64,000 nt of DNA from Daphnia carinata (lineage: Eukaryota): NCBI RefSeq assembly GCF_022539665.2, contig NC_081331.1, forward strand, positions 13,082,001-13,146,000. The letters are read 5' to 3'. The position numbers and the translations under genes were made by a program. Below, piece by piece: positions 61,789 to 64,000 of this stretch (position 1 is the stretch's first letter; every line of letters starts with the position of its first letter). The notes under the pieces were generated by a model. That model did not search any database. It was not told where the DNA came from and saw only the letters and a list, made by a program, of their open reading frames with translations.

Positions 61789-64000
61789 ACTTGTCTACGT
61801 ATTTTTCAAGTTTTGTTTTTTCCCAAATCCTCTAGTTAATGTATTTCCGATCTTTCTTTTTTTTGGAGGGGGAGATATTGGTTTGGTTTGTTTTAATTTC
61901 TCTCTCTCCTGCCACTTTTTGGATGAAAAAAACACTGATGCACTTAATTCATAATAAACGATACATTAGAGGAAAGCACGCGGCTGAACCAACGCGCGCG
62001 CGCGCGCGCACTGAGAACAGGGAAGAAAAATTCGACCGCCACACACGAACACATGCAGACAAGCACAGACACGTAAACAAGAGAGGGGCAACTTCAAATG
62101 CCGCTAGATGGCATGCGCATAGCTCCGAGACGTGACCGTCTTTAAAACACATCCACGCTGGTAGGGCGCGAGTTGCCAACTGAGGCGGCTGCACACATTG
62201 CTTAAGGAATGGATACTCCCTGGCTTTCTCCATTCGCCACCAGAGGGACACGTGAAAAATAAATAAAAACCTAACTTTCGATTGTTGTTGCCCCAAAACG
62301 TCGTAGAATTAATGAACGGTTTGTGATTATTACAATGAGCCTCATCCTTCGTTGGCAATAGAAACCGAAAGAACGGACAGAGAAAAGGAAAGACCGATGA
62401 GCCCAGCACGTCTTCGTCGGTTTTCTTGACTAGCGAATATTTTTGGTTGACTTGTTTTGTTTTCATTTTTCACGAATAACTCAAAATTTCTCTATACAAA
62501 AAAAAAAAAAAAAAAAATAAAAAAAAATGGGTTGGGTCCGGGGTTATCAGCCAGCATCCGCTTCTGGGTGCATGTGGCGCGTCTGTGTGTACGTGTGTGT
62601 TTTGTTTTGTGTTTTTTTTCGTTCTTTTTTGTCGGCTGCTCCCGCGTGTGGTTGAGACCGATTATAAAACTGGAAACAAGCCTGGCTCTCACTTCTGCAT
62701 AATACACACACACATTTAGTGGATTATCGCCGTCAAGTATAAGAGTGTGTGAGTTAAATAAAATAACTTGCGGCCGCGTTGGCGTCCGAATCCGGCTTTC
62801 CATTTCTGCCGAGCTTAACGCGTTTACGTCCAACCAAATGACACCACTGCGTCGGCCATCAGAGACCCTCGTGAACCGATTATCTTTTTTTTTTTTTTTT
62901 TCTCTTGACGCTCAAAGCGAATGGAAAATGCACATGGAACTTTGAATAACTTTAGCTCCGTTTTTTTTTTCTTGTACAGACAAGACATATTCGGCTTCGA
63001 AGAATTCTGTTTGATAAACGAAAATTTAAAACGAACGTTACGGCGTCGATTCCCGGCCTTCCCAGGAATATCTTTCACACCTTCTCGTCGTTGCGAATAA
63101 GTGCGCGGGACCCAAGTTATCTCAAATGCGACCCCGCCCATTTACATGTCATTTGAACGAAAGTATGGCCTCCATTTTTTTCGATTACTTTTGCTTTTTT
63201 TTTTTTTTTTTTGGTTGTTTTTGTTTTAAATATATTTTTGATCTATACGTGTGTGCTCGCAACGGTGATGGATTGGACGGGGTCGAGTAAATAGAGAGGG
63301 CGAGTTTCACTCTCACCCGGCCGGCCAGAACTGACATTCTAGTCCCGTGTTACTCTATGTATACTATTACGTTGTGACGCTTTCGCCTTTCGGCTAACAC
63401 CCCCTACTGACTCCGTTGGGTGCTTTTCACCGCTCACGTCATGATCATGATGAACTACCAACGAACCCAAAGTCCATTGAAGCTTCGTGAACTCACCTCA
63501 GGCCTGAAATTCACTCATATTTTCTTGTCGGTTCGGCTTATTTTTCAACGAGGAAACACATCAACCCTACACAGTTCAAATGTACGGGCCTACTGTTCTG
63601 TATCGTCTAATCGTTTTGTTTTTGTTTTGTTTTTTTACTGTTGGTTTTTGGGATCATTTGATCTCGTCATATGGGAGCCAGCATCTAAAAAAGACTAGCG
63701 CAGCAATAGTTTCGATGTGAACATTGTGCGCAAACGTAAAACGAGAAAGGCACACAATAAAAAGGAGAAAAACGGCTGCAATGTGAGATGCAGACAAGTG
63801 CACCATACACTGTTTGGACGTTCTTTTAACGGCTTTAGTGAATGTTTAGGACACGTCAGCCCTCCCTCCTCCTCTAATGCCATGATCTGATTGCTAGTTG
63901 GAACGTTTAGCTCCCATCAGCGTTTTTTAACAAGTCTCAAGTTTTTTTTGTGTGTGTGTTATCAATTATTCCTTTGATGGAATGATTATCTGATTGAATT

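Overview
Eukaryotic, intron-containing animal DNA. The very short introns, long A/T homopolymers and gene content suggest an arthropod, probably a Daphnia-like crustacean (inference). Five spliced protein-coding genes can be reconstructed by hand with consistent GT-AG phases: a Hamlet/EVI1(PRDM3/16)-type C2H2 zinc-finger gene (+, 10646-16054), Cdc42 (+, 17652-18507), two tandem CRAL-TRIO/alpha-TTP-like genes (-, 19417-20539 and 21482-22718) and a ~30 kb Rap1GAP gene (-, 31760-61788) with a GoLoco exon and a candidate GoLoco-less alternative first exon. The most unusual region is a ~5 kb fold-back palindrome (24725-29693). Its two ~2.25 kb inverted arms each carry an inward-pointing, multi-exon coiled-coil gene/pseudogene with arm-specific lesions and a near-identical GC-rich multi-hairpin module; three tRNA-like (Pol III A/B-box) units sit in the centre, and CTCF-like motifs and a Helitron-like 3' end lie at the borders. 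Most ORFs in the supplied track are homopolymer artefacts. All calls are by eye, with no database searches.
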